The notes under the pieces: generated by a model
The model's database searches: none
Told to the model about the DNA's origin: nothing
The model's input: the letters and a program-made list of their open reading frames with translations, nothing else
Program-made: the position numbers and the translations under genes
DNA from: an uncultured Fibrobacterota bacterium
GTDB lineage: Bacteria; Fibrobacterota; Chitinivibrionia; Chitinivibrionales; FEN-1185
Reading direction: 5' to 3'
NCBI GenBank assembly: GCA_963753345.1
Contig: CAVWBU010000049.1
Coordinates: forward strand, 96,001-160,000
Length of the DNA: 64,000 nt
Part shown: piece after piece, positions 29,578 through 39,908 of the stretch
Layout: each line of letters begins with the position of its first letter
How positions within the stretch are numbered: the first letter of the stretch is position 1

Positions 29578-30769
29578 TTATATCTTCTTTCCGAGGTACT
29601 CTGCCACGTGATAAATGTCCTTGTCGCCCCGTCCAGACAGGTTTATCACCATGATCTTGTTCTTCGCCATTTTCGGCGCGGCCTTGATTGCGTACGCGAA
29701 CGCATGCGCGGACTCCAGCGCCGGGATGATGCCTTCGCATTCGCACAGCATGCAAAACGCGTCCACCGATTCCCTGTCGGTCGCATAGGTATAGCGCGCG
29801 CGGTCGCTCGTATACAAATAGGAATGCTGCGGCCCCACGCCGGAGTAGTCGAGTCCTGCCGACACCGAATGCGTGGTGGCGATCTGGCCGTGAGCGTCCT
29901 GCAGCACATAGGAAAGCGATCCGTGCAGAATGCCCGGGCGCGACATTGTTGTCGGCGTGAGCCGTGTGGCGTGTTTTTTTGTGGCGAGTCCCAGACCGCC
30001 CGCCTCGACGCCGGTGAGCGACACGCGCTTGTCTTCGAGGAACGCGGAAAAAATGCCGATGGCGTTTGACCCGCCGCCCACGCACGCGACGATTTCGTCG
30101 GGCAGCCTGCCTTCTGCGGCGAGTATCTGGCGCCTTGTCTCTGAGCCGATCACGCTCTGAAAATCACGCACCATGGTCGGGAAGGGGTGCGGCCCGAGCG
30201 CCGAGCCGAACACGTAATGCGTGTACGGGCACGAAAGCGTCCAGTCGCGGAGCGCCTCGTTCACCGCGTCCTTGAGCGTCTTGTTGCCGCTTTCGACCGG
30301 GATCACCTTGGCGCCGAGAAGGTCCATGCGGAACACATTGGGCCGCTGTCGCGCCATGTCAACTGTTCCCATGTAGATATCGCATTTCAGCGAAAGCAGC
30401 GCCGCCGCCGTGGCCGTGGCCACGCCGTGCTGGCCCGCGCCGGTTTCGGCGATCACGCGGGTCTTGCCCATGTACGCGCCGAGGAGCGTCTGGCCCAGGG
30501 AGTTGGTTATCTTGTGCGCGCCGGTGTGGTTGAGGTCTTCGCGCTTGATGTAGATGCGCGCGCCGCCGAGTTTTTTGGTCAGGCTCTTTGCAAAGTAGAG
30601 CGGCGTGGGGCGGCCGCAGTAGTTCCTGAGAAGGGAATGGAATTCATTCGTGAACGCCTTGTCCCGTTTCGCGGTATTGTATGCCTTTTCGATGGCCGCA
30701 AGCGCGGGCATGAGCGTCTCGGGCGCGTACTGTCCGCCGAACGCGTCCGAAATATCCTTTTTTTTTCAT
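29578..30769 (-). CDS. trpB: Tryptophan synthase beta chain; frameshift near 30745
   Basis: MKKKGYFG in one frame joins [46 protein letters not shown]. Confidence 0.95.
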
Positions 30770-30780
30770 GAAATCGCCGG

Positions 30781-31740
30781 TTACTTGATGATTCTGAAGA
30801 ACCTGTTCGCCCTCAGGTGGACGCTGCCGGATCCGGACGGGGCGAACGACCACAGGACGCAGACCGCGCGGCCCTTGACAGATGAGGCCACGACCGGCCC
30901 GAAATACCGCGAATCAAACCCTTTTTGCCAGTCGTCGGCGAGAAGAAAAATACATGATCTGGTAAATGTGTACCCGTACATTTTCTCCCCGTTCCGGATG
31001 AGCGAAAAGGCCAGGAAGACGTCTTTTCCTGTTTGTGAATGCGACAGGTAGTCGCGCATCCTGTCCCAGAAAAACCAGTCGAACTCGTACTGCGCCGGCA
31101 CCGAATCGATCCGGCCTTTGTAAAGAGAGAAATCCCTGGTGTAAAGGGTGTCGGCGGCAGCGCCGTTGACAAACACCAACGGCCGCACCGAGAACCGTTC
31201 GCCCGGATGCTCCTGCCGGATAAGCGCGGCCGCGAAAAAAAAGTCCCGCAGCGGCAGGGAGTCGAGGGCGACCGTTGTCCCTTTCGCGGGCACTACGTAC
31301 AGCGGCATGGAATCGCGCGGCGAGTATTCCGGCGGCAGGGGCTCCTCGCCGGCCGGCAGGGAAGAGCGGGCAACTGTGCGCTTGTTAAGGATGCGGCACG
31401 AGCCCCTGCGTATTACGACGCTGTCGCCGGAAACCGCGGCGACCCGGAGGATCGAGGGCTTCCCGCCGATTACGGGATTGGCGAACACGACCGGACTTGC
31501 TCGGGAGGGGAGAAAAAGCTCCGACAGCGGCCACACCCGGAGCAGCTTGAGCACCAGCACCCGGTCGCCGTCGGCAAGCGCGGGTTCCATCTGGTCGGTG
31601 CGGACCAGCACGGTGTCGAGCACGAACAGTTTGATTGCCGCTGCGCACAGGAGGACAATGACCGCAAACTTGACAATACGGTAAGTGATAACGCGGCCGT
31701 CAAGCGGCGCCGCCCGCTTTCCGTTCACAACAGGCGCCAC
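30781..31740 (-). CDS. Signal peptidase I (S26) homologue with substituted catalytic residues
   Basis: Directly after lepA; TM helix; TDQMEPAL..GDRVLV, ILRVAAVSGD, DSRYFGPV. Confidence 0.8.
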   Translation of the reverse strand: MAPVVNGKRAAPLDGRVITYRIVKFAVIVLLCAAAIKLFVLDTVLVRTDQMEPALADGDRVLVLKLLRVWPLSELFLPSRASPVVFANPVIGGKPSILRVAAVSGDSVVIRRGSCRILNKRTVARSSLPAGEEPLPPEYSPRDSMPLYVVPAKGTTVALDSLPLRDFFFAAALIRQEHPGERFSVRPLVFVNGAAADTLYTRDFSLYKGRIDSVPAQYEFDWFFWDRMRDYLSHSQTGKDVFLAFSLIRNGEKMYGYTFTRSCIFLLADDWQKGFDSRYFGPVVASSVKGRAVCVLWSFAPSGSGSVHLRANRFFRIIK

Positions 31741-31742
31741 GG

Positions 31743-33542
31743 CTACTCCCTGCTCAATACCGCCAGGAACGCCTCCTGCGGTATTTCCACGTTGCCCACC
31801 TGCTTCATCCGCTTTTTTCCTTCCTTCTGCTTTTCAAGGAGCTTGCGCTTGCGCGTGATGTCGCCGCCGTAGCACTTTGAGGTCACGTCCTTGCGGTATG
31901 CCTTTACCGTGGTGCGCGCGATCACACGGCCCCCGATTGCCGCCTGGATCGCCACCTCGTACTGCTGGCGCGGAATGAGCTCCTTGAGCTTGGAGGTGAT
32001 CATCTGGCCGTAGGCGTACGATTTTTCCTTGTGGATGATGGTCGAGAACGCGTCCACGAGCGCGCCGTTGATGAGGATGTCGAGCTTGACAAGGTCGTTT
32101 TCCTGGAACGAGTCGAACTCGTAATCCATGGAGGCATAGCCCTTTGAAATGCTCTTGAGCGTGTCGAAGAAATCGATGATTATTTCCGAGAGCGGGAGTC
32201 TGTAGTTCATGCACACGCGTGTGGGTTCAAGGTATTCCATGGTGCCCATGATCCCGCGCTTGTCCTCGCACAGCTTCATGATGGCGCCCACGAATTCGGT
32301 GGGCGTGATGATCTGCACCTTGTCCATCGGCTCCGAAACGGATTCGAGGTAATTGGGAGGCGGGAGCTTGGCCGGGCTCTCGATGTACAGCTCCTCCTTG
32401 TTGCGGGTAAGAATCTTGTACCTTACGTTGGGGACCGTGGTGATGATGTTGACATTGTATTCGCGGAACAGCCGCTCCTGCACCACCTCCATGTGGAGGA
32501 GGCCGAGAAACCCGGCGCGGAACCCGAACCCAAGCGCCCCGGACGTTTCGGGCACGTAGGAAAGCGACGAGTCGTTGAGCGTGAGTTTTTCCAGCGACGA
32601 GCGCAGGTTCTCGTAATCGTCTTTGTCAACCGGGTAAATGCCCGAGAACACCATGGGCTTCACCTCTTTGTAGCCCGCGACCGGCGCATCGGCGCCGCCG
32701 GTCTTGAGGGTGATCGTATCGCCGATCTTGATGTCCGACACCGTCTTGATATTCGCGATAACGTAGCCCACCTGGCCGGGGGTGAGCACGTCTTCCGGCG
32801 TCCTGCCGAGACGGAAGAATCCAACTTCCATCACCTCATGCTCGCTGCCGCGAAAGAAAAACTTCACCATGTCGCGTGCCTTGATCTGGCCGTCGAACAC
32901 GCGCACGTACGCCACGGCGCCGCGGAACGGGTCGAACTTCGAATCGAATATCAGGGCCTTGAGCGGTCGGTCGACGGAACCCGCGGGCGGCGGAACGGCG
33001 GCCACGATACGTTCGAGGATCGCGTCGACCCCCGCGCCTGATTTCGCACTGCACCGCAGGATCGAGGCTGCGTCGACGCCGAGCAGGTCGGAGATCTGCC
33101 GCGCCACGTCGTCGGGGTGGGCCGACGGCAGGTCTATCTTGTTCATCACCGGGATGATCTCGAGGTCGTTGCCGAGCGCAAGGTACACGTTGGTGAGCGT
33201 CTGCGCCTCGATGCCCTGGCTCGCGTCCACCACGAGCACGGCGCCTTCGCATGCCGCAAGCGAGCGCGACACCTCGTACGAAAAGTCAACGTGGCCGGGC
33301 GTGTCGATGAGGTTGAAGCAGTAGTCGCTGCCGTCCTTGGCGCGGTAGGTCATGCGCACGGGGTGCGACTTGATGGTGATCCCGCGCTCGCGCTCGAGAT
33401 CCATGTCGTCGAGGATCTGGTCCTGCATCCGGTCCTTCGCCACCGTGCCGGTGATCTCGAGGAAGCGGTCGGCCAGCGTCGACTTGCCGTGGTCGATGTG
33501 CGCGATGATGCAGAAATTGCGGATAAATTTGGGGTCCTGCAA
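31743..33542 (-). CDS. lepA: Elongation factor 4
   Basis: [52 protein letters not shown]. Confidence 0.98.
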   Translation of the reverse strand: MQDPKFIRNFCIIAHIDHGKSTLADRFLEITGTVAKDRMQDQILDDMDLERERGITIKSHPVRMTYRAKDGSDYCFNLIDTPGHVDFSYEVSRSLAACEGAVLVVDASQGIEAQTLTNVYLALGNDLEIIPVMNKIDLPSAHPDDVARQISDLLGVDAASILRCSAKSGAGVDAILERIVAAVPPPAGSVDRPLKALIFDSKFDPFRGAVAYVRVFDGQIKARDMVKFFFRGSEHEVMEVGFFRLGRTPEDVLTPGQVGYVIANIKTVSDIKIGDTITLKTGGADAPVAGYKEVKPMVFSGIYPVDKDDYENLRSSLEKLTLNDSSLSYVPETSGALGFGFRAGFLGLLHMEVVQERLFREYNVNIITTVPNVRYKILTRNKEELYIESPAKLPPPNYLESVSEPMDKVQIITPTEFVGAIMKLCEDKRGIMGTMEYLEPTRVCMNYRLPLSEIIIDFFDTLKSISKGYASMDYEFDSFQENDLVKLDILINGALVDAFSTIIHKEKSYAYGQMITSKLKELIPRQQYEVAIQAAIGGRVIARTTVKAYRKDVTSKCYGGDITRKRKLLEKQKEGKKRMKQVGNVEIPQEAFLAVLSRE

Positions 33543-33638
33543 AAAAAACTCCGGATTTCTATTCTATTTTCTGGATGAATGAGAGTGTTTGCGACAATGG
33601 AAAATACAATAGGGGAGACGGCAAATTAGTTGAAGATT

Positions 33639-33831
33639 TTGGGCGTTCCCCCATGTAGAGTCTCTACATGGGGGCGGCCGTGCTTCCGGTCTCGGCCTCC
33701 GGCCTCGGGCTGCCTGCCACGAATGCCCTGCGGGCCGTGGTCAGGCAGCACCGCGCTCCTGCGCGGCCTCCAGTCCTGCCTAACGCGCGGCAACGGAATT
33801 CTATTCAGTCAACTATTTCTTTCCGCGCCAA
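33639..33831 (-). repeat. Structured repeat family B, copy B3
   Basis: Reverse complement reads TTGGCGC..TTGACTGAATAG..TGCCGCGCGTTAGG..GACTGGAGG..GGGGAACGCCCAA. Confidence 0.9.
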
Positions 33832-33873
33832 AACGCATGCGCACACATCAACTAACGTTTCTTTCTTTACTTT

Positions 33874-33985
33874 TCAACGCTTCAACTATTCAACGTTTCA
33901 ACGCTTTTCTTCTCAACTCATCAACGCTCCAACGCTCGAACGCTCCAACTCTTCAACTTCTCAACTCCTCAACTTCTCAACTTCT
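33874..33985. repeat. Octamer tandem tract (TCAACNNN, more than 10 degenerate units) overlapping the Mur ligase stop
   Basis: tcaacgct tcaactat tcaacgtt tcaacgct ... tcaacttc tcaactcc tcaacttc. Confidence 0.8.
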
Positions 33986-35339
33986 TCCTTATCTCCTCCA
34001 CCAGCGCCGGCAAAGAAGGATCTCTTGCGCCCATCACAAGCACAACATCACCAGCCCCGGTGTGCTGCTTGATAAGCGCGACAAGTTCAGCACGGTCGCG
34101 CGGGGCGGATACGGTTTTGCCCTTGTCCCGCACGAGGCCGGCGATAATGTCCGACGAGATGTCCTTCTGTGCGGTGCCGCCCGCGTAATAGATGGGGAGG
34201 AGAAACAGCATGTCGTCGGATGTCAATTCCTCTGCGAACATGGCGACGAATTCGTCCTTGAGGAACCGGGTGGGGCCGAAGCCGTGCGGCTGGAACACTG
34301 CAAGCACGCGAGGGGAGAGCAGGCGTGCGGCACGGATGGCTGCGCGGATTTTTTCCGGGTTGTGGGCGTAATCGTCGATGATGCGGATGCCGTTCTGTAA
34401 AGTCACCACCGAAAACCTGCGCTGCACGCCCTGGTATTCCGCCGCCGCGTGGGCCAGGGACGGCCCGTCGCAGCCGAGCGTGTCGCACACGCACAGCGCG
34501 GCCAGAAGGTTCGACAGGTTGTGCGCTCCGGGCAGCGGAAGGGTGTAGGTGACGCCGCCGCGCGAAAATGAAATCCCGGGCGCAATGGTAAAGCCCTTGT
34601 CGGGCGCGAAGTCTCCCTCGAGACCGAAGGTGCGCTGCGCGCCGAGGACCGCGAGCTGCGGGTCGTCGGCGTTGGCAACGGTGATGTTCGACTGTCTCGC
34701 CAGCGCGGAAAACAGGCAGAGCGTTTCGGGCACGGGCTTGTGGTCCTTGGACACGTTGAGGAACACGCTCAAGTACGGTTTGTATTTTGCGCACGTGCCG
34801 TCACTTTCGTCCGCCTCGATCACAAGGATGTCCGACGTGCCCATAAAGGCGTTGCCCGCAAGCCCCTGCTTTTCCAGGCGCACAAGGCCTGCGCCTGAAA
34901 TGAGCGAGGGCGACTTGCCGCATGCGTCAAGGAACTCCCATATCATTGCCGCGACGGTCGATTTTCCGCTCGTGCCCGCGACCGCGATGGTCGCCTTTGA
35001 TGCCACGACCGCCGCGAGCACATCGGACCGGTGAACGATCGCTATGCCCGCGGCACGCGCGGCCGCGATCTCGGGGTTTGTCTCCTCGATTGCGGTGGAC
35101 ACCACGAGCGCGTCGGTGCCGCGGGTGACGCCGGATCCGTCCTGCGGAACAAGGATGCAGCCGAGCTTGACGAGCTTGTCCTGGAGGTCCAGCACGTCCG
35201 CCGAATTGAGAAGACGGTCTGAGCCGGACACAACCACGCCGTCCCATGCGCAGTACTGGGCGATCGCGCTCATGCCCGAGCCGAGGATGCCCGCGAAATG
35301 CAGGCGGCGGCACGACACGCCGTTAATCGATAACGACAA
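33969..35339 (-). CDS. Mur ligase, MurC/Mpl-like paralogue
   Basis: HFAGILGSGMS, AGTSGKST, EADESDG, DDYAHNP, FQPH. Confidence 0.88.
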   Translation of the reverse strand: MSLSINGVSCRRLHFAGILGSGMSAIAQYCAWDGVVVSGSDRLLNSADVLDLQDKLVKLGCILVPQDGSGVTRGTDALVVSTAIEETNPEIAAARAAGIAIVHRSDVLAAVVASKATIAVAGTSGKSTVAAMIWEFLDACGKSPSLISGAGLVRLEKQGLAGNAFMGTSDILVIEADESDGTCAKYKPYLSVFLNVSKDHKPVPETLCLFSALARQSNITVANADDPQLAVLGAQRTFGLEGDFAPDKGFTIAPGISFSRGGVTYTLPLPGAHNLSNLLAALCVCDTLGCDGPSLAHAAAEYQGVQRRFSVVTLQNGIRIIDDYAHNPEKIRAAIRAARLLSPRVLAVFQPHGFGPTRFLKDEFVAMFAEELTSDDMLFLLPIYYAGGTAQKDISSDIIAGLVRDKGKTVSAPRDRAELVALIKQHTGAGDVVLVMGARDPSLPALVEEIRKKLRS

Positions 35340-35853
35340 GCATACCCTCCGGAACGTGGTCGAACAGTTCCACGATGTCCGCGTTCTTCATGCACACGCA
35401 GCCGTGCGACGCGGGCGCGCCCACGGACTTCTCGTTGTTGGTGCCGTGGATGTAAATGTACCGCTCATAGGAATCGATGCCCTCGCCGCGGTTGATCCCG
35501 TCTTCGCATCCTTCGAGGCGCAATATTCTCGTAAGGATAAGATTCTCGCCCGGGACGCCCACGGTCCATGTTTCTCCTGTGTCAAGGCGGTCCCGAAATA
35601 CCCTGCCCACGGGCGCGCCGTGGCCGTATTTTTCCTTCACCCGGTGCACGCCCGCGGGCGTCATGAGCGAGCCGTCGGCGTTGCCCACGCCGAACCTCGA
35701 CGACGACACCGGGTATTCCTTCACGGCAACGCCGTCAACCAGGCGGTACAGCCTCTGTTTCGCAATGTCGACAAACAGGAATTTCTGCGGCGTTGCGCCG
35801 CACGTCCGTTTGAGGCGCTCCTGGGCGTTCCGCAAACGCACTGCATCGATCAT
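35323..35853 (-). CDS. L,D-transpeptidase (YkuD family)
   Basis: VDIAKQRL, YPVSS, TPAG, IYIHGT...SHGC motif. Confidence 0.9.
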   Translation of the reverse strand: MIDAVRLRNAQERLKRTCGATPQKFLFVDIAKQRLYRLVDGVAVKEYPVSSSRFGVGNADGSLMTPAGVHRVKEKYGHGAPVGRVFRDRLDTGETWTVGVPGENLILTRILRLEGCEDGINRGEGIDSYERYIYIHGTNNEKSVGAPASHGCVCMKNADIVELFDHVPEGMLVVID

Positions 35854-35974
35854 GGACACTTCTCCTGCCGCGCCGGGAGGACGCAAAGTAAACTTGTTGT
35901 AGACATGCGCACCGTAATAAAATATAATCAATATCTGCAACGAGGCTCACACATCAGCGGAAAGGCAGGCCATC

Positions 35975-36655
35975 ATGAACGGTAAACCGGCGCAGCAGCC
36001 ACAGCTTCTCTCGAACGACGACACGTGGCGCATCTTCCGCATCATGGCCGAATTCGTTGAAGGGTTCGAGACCCTGTCGAAAATCGGCCCGTGCGTCACC
36101 ATTTTCGGGTCGGCGCGCACGGCCGCGGGCGACGTGTACTACGAGATGGCCCGTTCGGTGGCTTCGCTTGCCGTCAAGCACGGCTACGGGGTGATCACGG
36201 GCGGAGGCGGCGGCATCATGGAAGGCGCCAACAGGGGGGCATTCGAGGCCAACGGAACGTCGGTGGGGCTCAACATACAATTGCCGTTTGAGCAGGTGCC
36301 CAACAAGTACATCAAGCTCCTGCTGAGCTTTCGGCATTTCTTCTGCCGCAAGGTGATGTTCCTCAAGTACACCTCGGCGGTTGTCGTGCTGCCGGGAGGT
36401 TTCGGCACCATGGACGAACTGTTCGAAACGCTCACGCTCATCCAGACCCACAAGAGCGAAACGCTGCCGCTTGTCATTATGGGAAAAAGCTACTGGGAAG
36501 GGCTCATTGCGTGGCTGCGCGCGGGCATGCTCGGGAAAGGATACATTTCTCCGGAGGATTTCGATCTCGTGAGGCTCACCGACGATCCGCAGGAAACCAT
36601 CGACATCATCAACACGTTTATGAAGAAGCGCAGCACGCAGGTGAATTTTTCCTGA
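35975..36655 (+). CDS. LOG family nucleotide phosphoribohydrolase (TIGR00730-like)
   Basis: FGSAR, TGGG.GIME.AN.GA, RK.MF, PGGFGTMDE. Confidence 0.92.
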   Translation: MNGKPAQQPQLLSNDDTWRIFRIMAEFVEGFETLSKIGPCVTIFGSARTAAGDVYYEMARSVASLAVKHGYGVITGGGGGIMEGANRGAFEANGTSVGLNIQLPFEQVPNKYIKLLLSFRHFFCRKVMFLKYTSAVVVLPGGFGTMDELFETLTLIQTHKSETLPLVIMGKSYWEGLIAWLRAGMLGKGYISPEDFDLVRLTDDPQETIDIINTFMKKRSTQVNFS

Positions 36656-36689
36656 CGGGAATCTATTTGTGCAAATAAAAAGTTTGTTG

Positions 36690-36718
36690 TTGACAAATTG
36701 TTTCGTGGAAGATATTAT
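36690..36718 (+). promoter_or_regulatory. Near-consensus sigma70 promoter
   Basis: TTGACA-17 nt-TATTAT. Confidence 0.75.
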
Positions 36719-36853
36719 TTATATGGAAGCAGGCGGGAACAACGCCCGCTTCCGATAAGTAAACAAACGAAATGGGGCTTGCGGTCCGACGAGTAACGAG
36801 TAAGTCCGCGCAAGTTCCGAGTTTCCCGTCCTCATCCAAAAGGAGGTGCTGCC

Positions 36854-36916
36854 GTGGCAGCGAAGAAGAGGAAAAAAGTCGCGAAGAAAAAAGCGACGAA
36901 GAAAAGGAAAAGATAG
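36854..36916 (+). CDS. 20-aa Lys/Arg-rich small protein MAAKKRKKVAKKKATKKRKR
   Basis: AAGGAGGT RBS with AGGAGG 7 nt before GTG; own promoter and terminator; too short for the ORF track. Confidence 0.7.
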   Translation: MAAKKRKKVAKKKATKKRKR

Positions 36917-36949
36917 GTCTTTCGTTCCTGCACGATGTGCGCAGGCAAG

Positions 36950-36978
36950 GCGGGTGGACGTGATGTCCGCCCGCTTTT
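36950..36978 (+). terminator. Intrinsic terminator
   Basis: GCGGGTGGAC-GTGAT-GTCCGCCCGC-TTTT. Confidence 0.8.
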
Positions 36979-37020
36979 GATTTTTAGGTTAGAGAATGGG
37001 AATCGAAAAGTTACTAATGG

Positions 37021-37152
37021 TGTCGGCGGGGGAAGTTTCCCCCTCGCTCCGGCCGCCTTCGGCGTCCTGCGCTACCCCCTCCTGGGTGCACCCCAAGTGG
37101 AAGCAGTGGCTGAATCAAGCATCTGTGTGGGGGCACCTACGTAGAGCAGTTG
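37021..37152 (+). repeat. Structured repeat family A, copy A5
   Basis: GGGGAAGTTTCCCCCTCGCTCCGGCC..TCCTGCGCTACCCCCTCCTGGGT..GGGGGCACC. Confidence 0.9.
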
Positions 37153-37259
37153 TGAAGGCATTCCTTTTTCTCACTCAGTTTTGTTTGATCCGCCACAAAA
37201 TGGCGCATTATTTATTGCCGGGGCAACGCCCCGGGGCGACAAACAGAACAATGTATATT

Positions 37260-37310
37260 TCCCCTCTCCACTTTTGGAGAGGGGTGGCCGTGACAACGGC
37301 CGGGGTGAGG
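37260..37310 (+). repeat. REP-like palindrome, family D copy 3
   Basis: CCCCTCTCCA-CTTT-TGGAGAGGGG...GGGGTGAGG. Confidence 0.7.
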
Positions 37311-37331
37311 CGACGATTCTGAGAATTCCAC

Positions 37332-37508
37332 TTGGCGCAACTATTGCAACTTGACAAAATAGATTTCTTCTGCCGCGCGTTAGGTGGACCGGAGGGCGCG
37401 CAAGAGCGCGCTGCCGGTCGACCCGGCCGATAGGCATAGGGCGATCCGGCAACGAGGCGAACAGCAGAGCCCGCAGGGAGACCGACCCCGCGAAGCGGGG
37501 GAACGCCC
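37332..37508 (+). repeat. Structured repeat family B, copy B4
   Basis: TTGGCGCAA..TTGACAAAATAGATT..TGCCGCGCGTTAGG..GACCGGAGG..GGGGAACGCCC. Confidence 0.9.
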
Positions 37509-37686
37509 TGGTCTTATTTCTCTATTCCCTCCCAGCTATAATTATTGCACCCCGGTCTGGCATCTTTTAGATTTATTCCGCCTTGCGAAAGCATTACCGG
37601 GCAAAGATGTCCGCCGGGATGCCATGCAAATTTGAACGGCATGAGAGCATGGACAGCGCAAGGCTTGATACCCCTTTGTTAAGGTC

Positions 37687-39873
37687 ATGAAAGAATACTC
37701 CGCATACATCTCCGACACGTGGAACATCTCCGAGCCGCTCGCCAAAGAACTGTGCGAATGCTACGAAAAAGGGTATTCCCCGTATTACTGCGCCGACTAC
37801 CGGCCCGCGGTCGCGGTTGAGCTCGACGCCGCCGGCGTGTGGCCGATCTTCGATTTCCTCCGCACTATGGTCGAGCTATCGCCGAAGAAGAAGCGGCTTC
37901 TCAACGCGCTTAAGAAAAGCGGGAAGCTCACCGGCGACCTGGAAAAGCGGATCGTGCACAGCGCGAATTCCTTCGAGCTCGACGATATGCTTTTGCCGGA
38001 ACGGCTCAACCCGCGGAGCAAGGGACAGCTTGCGCTCAAGAAGGGGCTGGGCGAATGCGCCGACGCCATTCTTGCGCAGCAGGAAACAGGCGCTTCCCTC
38101 GATGACCTTGTCGCGCCGTACGTAGGGAAGGACCCTACGGTCGCGACGCAGGACGCCGTAATTGCAAATGTCAAGGACATCATCGCCGAGCGTTTCGCCT
38201 ACGACGAAACCGCGCGCGCCATGGTGCGCGAATTCATGTACGACGACGGCTTCTTCGAAGTCGTGCCCAAGTCGAAAACCGACGAGAGGTTTGCCCGCTT
38301 TGCCGGCAAACCGGCGCCGGTGCGCGAGGTTTCGAAGGAGGATCTCCTGATGCTCCTTGCCGCGGAAGACGGCAAACTTGCGCGCGTCAAGCTCACCGTG
38401 CAGCTCTTCCGCATCACCGAGCTTCTCAAGCACCACTTCGTGGTCAATCCCGACGCCGCCGGCTTCCCGCTCATCAGCGAGGCCATCGACGACAGCTGGG
38501 TGCGCCTGCTGCAGCCCATTGCCGAACGCGACGTCAAGGCGCGCCTGCGCGCCGAAGCCGAAGACTGGGCGCTCGGCGTCATCCGGCCGGACCTGCAGAA
38601 GCGGCTTGCCGGGGAAGGCGAGGAAAAATCGTGCATCGCCTGCGGGGTTCACGACAAGAAGACGTTCGCGGTCGTCGCGTGCAGCACGCGCGGGCGCCTG
38701 TACGGCGCGGCGGTCGAAAAGAAAATCCCGCTTGACAAGCCCGCGGTGAGCGAGCGCCTCAGACAGTTCGTGCTGCGGTACCATCCCGAGCGCATCCTGG
38801 TGGCCGACAACGAAAGCGCCGCGATCGCGGAGGCCATCATAGCAAAATCACTTGACGCGCTCCCGGCGGTCCCCGCGGTCGAGCGGGTCAAGCGGGCCGG
38901 GGGGCTTCCCGACATTGCGGCATCGGAATGGATGAAAAAGGAATGCGCCGATCTCGAAGAACCGATGCAGCACGTATTTGCCGCGGCATTGACCTGCCTT
39001 CAGCCCCTGCGCCTTCTTCCCGTCCTCGGCGCCGAATACTTTTCCCTTCATCCGCTGCAGGCCTGCGTCACGCCCGCCCGTTTTTCGGAATGCGTCGACC
39101 GGATCGTTGTCGGCATGAGCATCGCCCGCGGAATCTCCCCGAACGATCTTTCCGAAACGGTGCTGTCGCCGAACTTCGATCCGTTTGCAGGCGATGCCTT
39201 GCGAAAGGAGATCGCGTCCCGGTGCCAGAAGGCGCCGTTCGCCGCCAAGGACGACCTGCTCAAGGTGCCCGGCATCACCGAAAGCGCGTTCCGCAATCTG
39301 GCGGGCTATGTGGTGATTCCAACGGCCGATTTCGCCCTCGACCGCACCATGGTGCATCCCGACCATTTTTCGTGGATCGGCGAGATGTGCGAGTTTCTGC
39401 AGCTCCCGCCCGACGCGCTTGTGAACGACCCCGAGGCGGTCCGCTCGTTCCCGGAATCCGACTTCGCAAAGAAACTCTTTATCGAAAAGAAACTCATCGA
39501 CCAGCTTGCCGCCGGCCGCAGGTCCGCCGCGGCCGCGCTCGCCAAGCCCCGGCGGAAGCTCAAGCTCACCGAGATCGAGGAAGGTTCGGTGGTGAACGGC
39601 CGGGTGACCAACATCACGCCGTTCGGCGTGTTTGTCAACATCAACGCGGTGTGTGACGGCCTCATCCACATTTCACAGCTCGCCGACACCTATGTCGAAT
39701 CGGCCGACCAGGTGGTGAGCGTGGGCGACGTGATAAATGTCCGCGTTCTCAAGGTGGACATCAAGAAGCGGAGAATCTCGCTGTCGATGAAAGGCCTGGG
39801 CCACCAGGGCCCCAAGGTTTCCCCCTCAAAGCGCCAGCTGTCGGACCTTGCCTCTCATTTTCAGAATCGCTGA
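37687..39873 (+). CDS. Tex-like protein with C-terminal S1 RNA-binding domain (divergent)
   Basis: Tex N-terminal pattern (G.SP.Y.A.YR), HhH (KVPGI...F.N.AG), LDRT.VHP, S1 (GRVTNITPFGVFV...GLIHISQL). Confidence 0.85.
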   Translation: MKEYSAYISDTWNISEPLAKELCECYEKGYSPYYCADYRPAVAVELDAAGVWPIFDFLRTMVELSPKKKRLLNALKKSGKLTGDLEKRIVHSANSFELDDMLLPERLNPRSKGQLALKKGLGECADAILAQQETGASLDDLVAPYVGKDPTVATQDAVIANVKDIIAERFAYDETARAMVREFMYDDGFFEVVPKSKTDERFARFAGKPAPVREVSKEDLLMLLAAEDGKLARVKLTVQLFRITELLKHHFVVNPDAAGFPLISEAIDDSWVRLLQPIAERDVKARLRAEAEDWALGVIRPDLQKRLAGEGEEKSCIACGVHDKKTFAVVACSTRGRLYGAAVEKKIPLDKPAVSERLRQFVLRYHPERILVADNESAAIAEAIIAKSLDALPAVPAVERVKRAGGLPDIAASEWMKKECADLEEPMQHVFAAALTCLQPLRLLPVLGAEYFSLHPLQACVTPARFSECVDRIVVGMSIARGISPNDLSETVLSPNFDPFAGDALRKEIASRCQKAPFAAKDDLLKVPGITESAFRNLAGYVVIPTADFALDRTMVHPDHFSWIGEMCEFLQLPPDALVNDPEAVRSFPESDFAKKLFIEKKLIDQLAAGRRSAAAALAKPRRKLKLTEIEEGSVVNGRVTNITPFGVFVNINAVCDGLIHISQLADTYVESADQVVSVGDVINVRVLKVDIKKRRISLSMKGLGHQGPKVSPSKRQLSDLASHFQNR

Positions 39874-39908
39874 TATCAAGTTTTTCACTTTCTCCCAATG
39901 AATTTGCT

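Noticed and set aside
33630-34400. 256-aa plus-strand ORF with repetitive STxQ sequence
   Set aside because: It is a translation of repeat B3 and the octamer tract, antisense to the Mur ligase.
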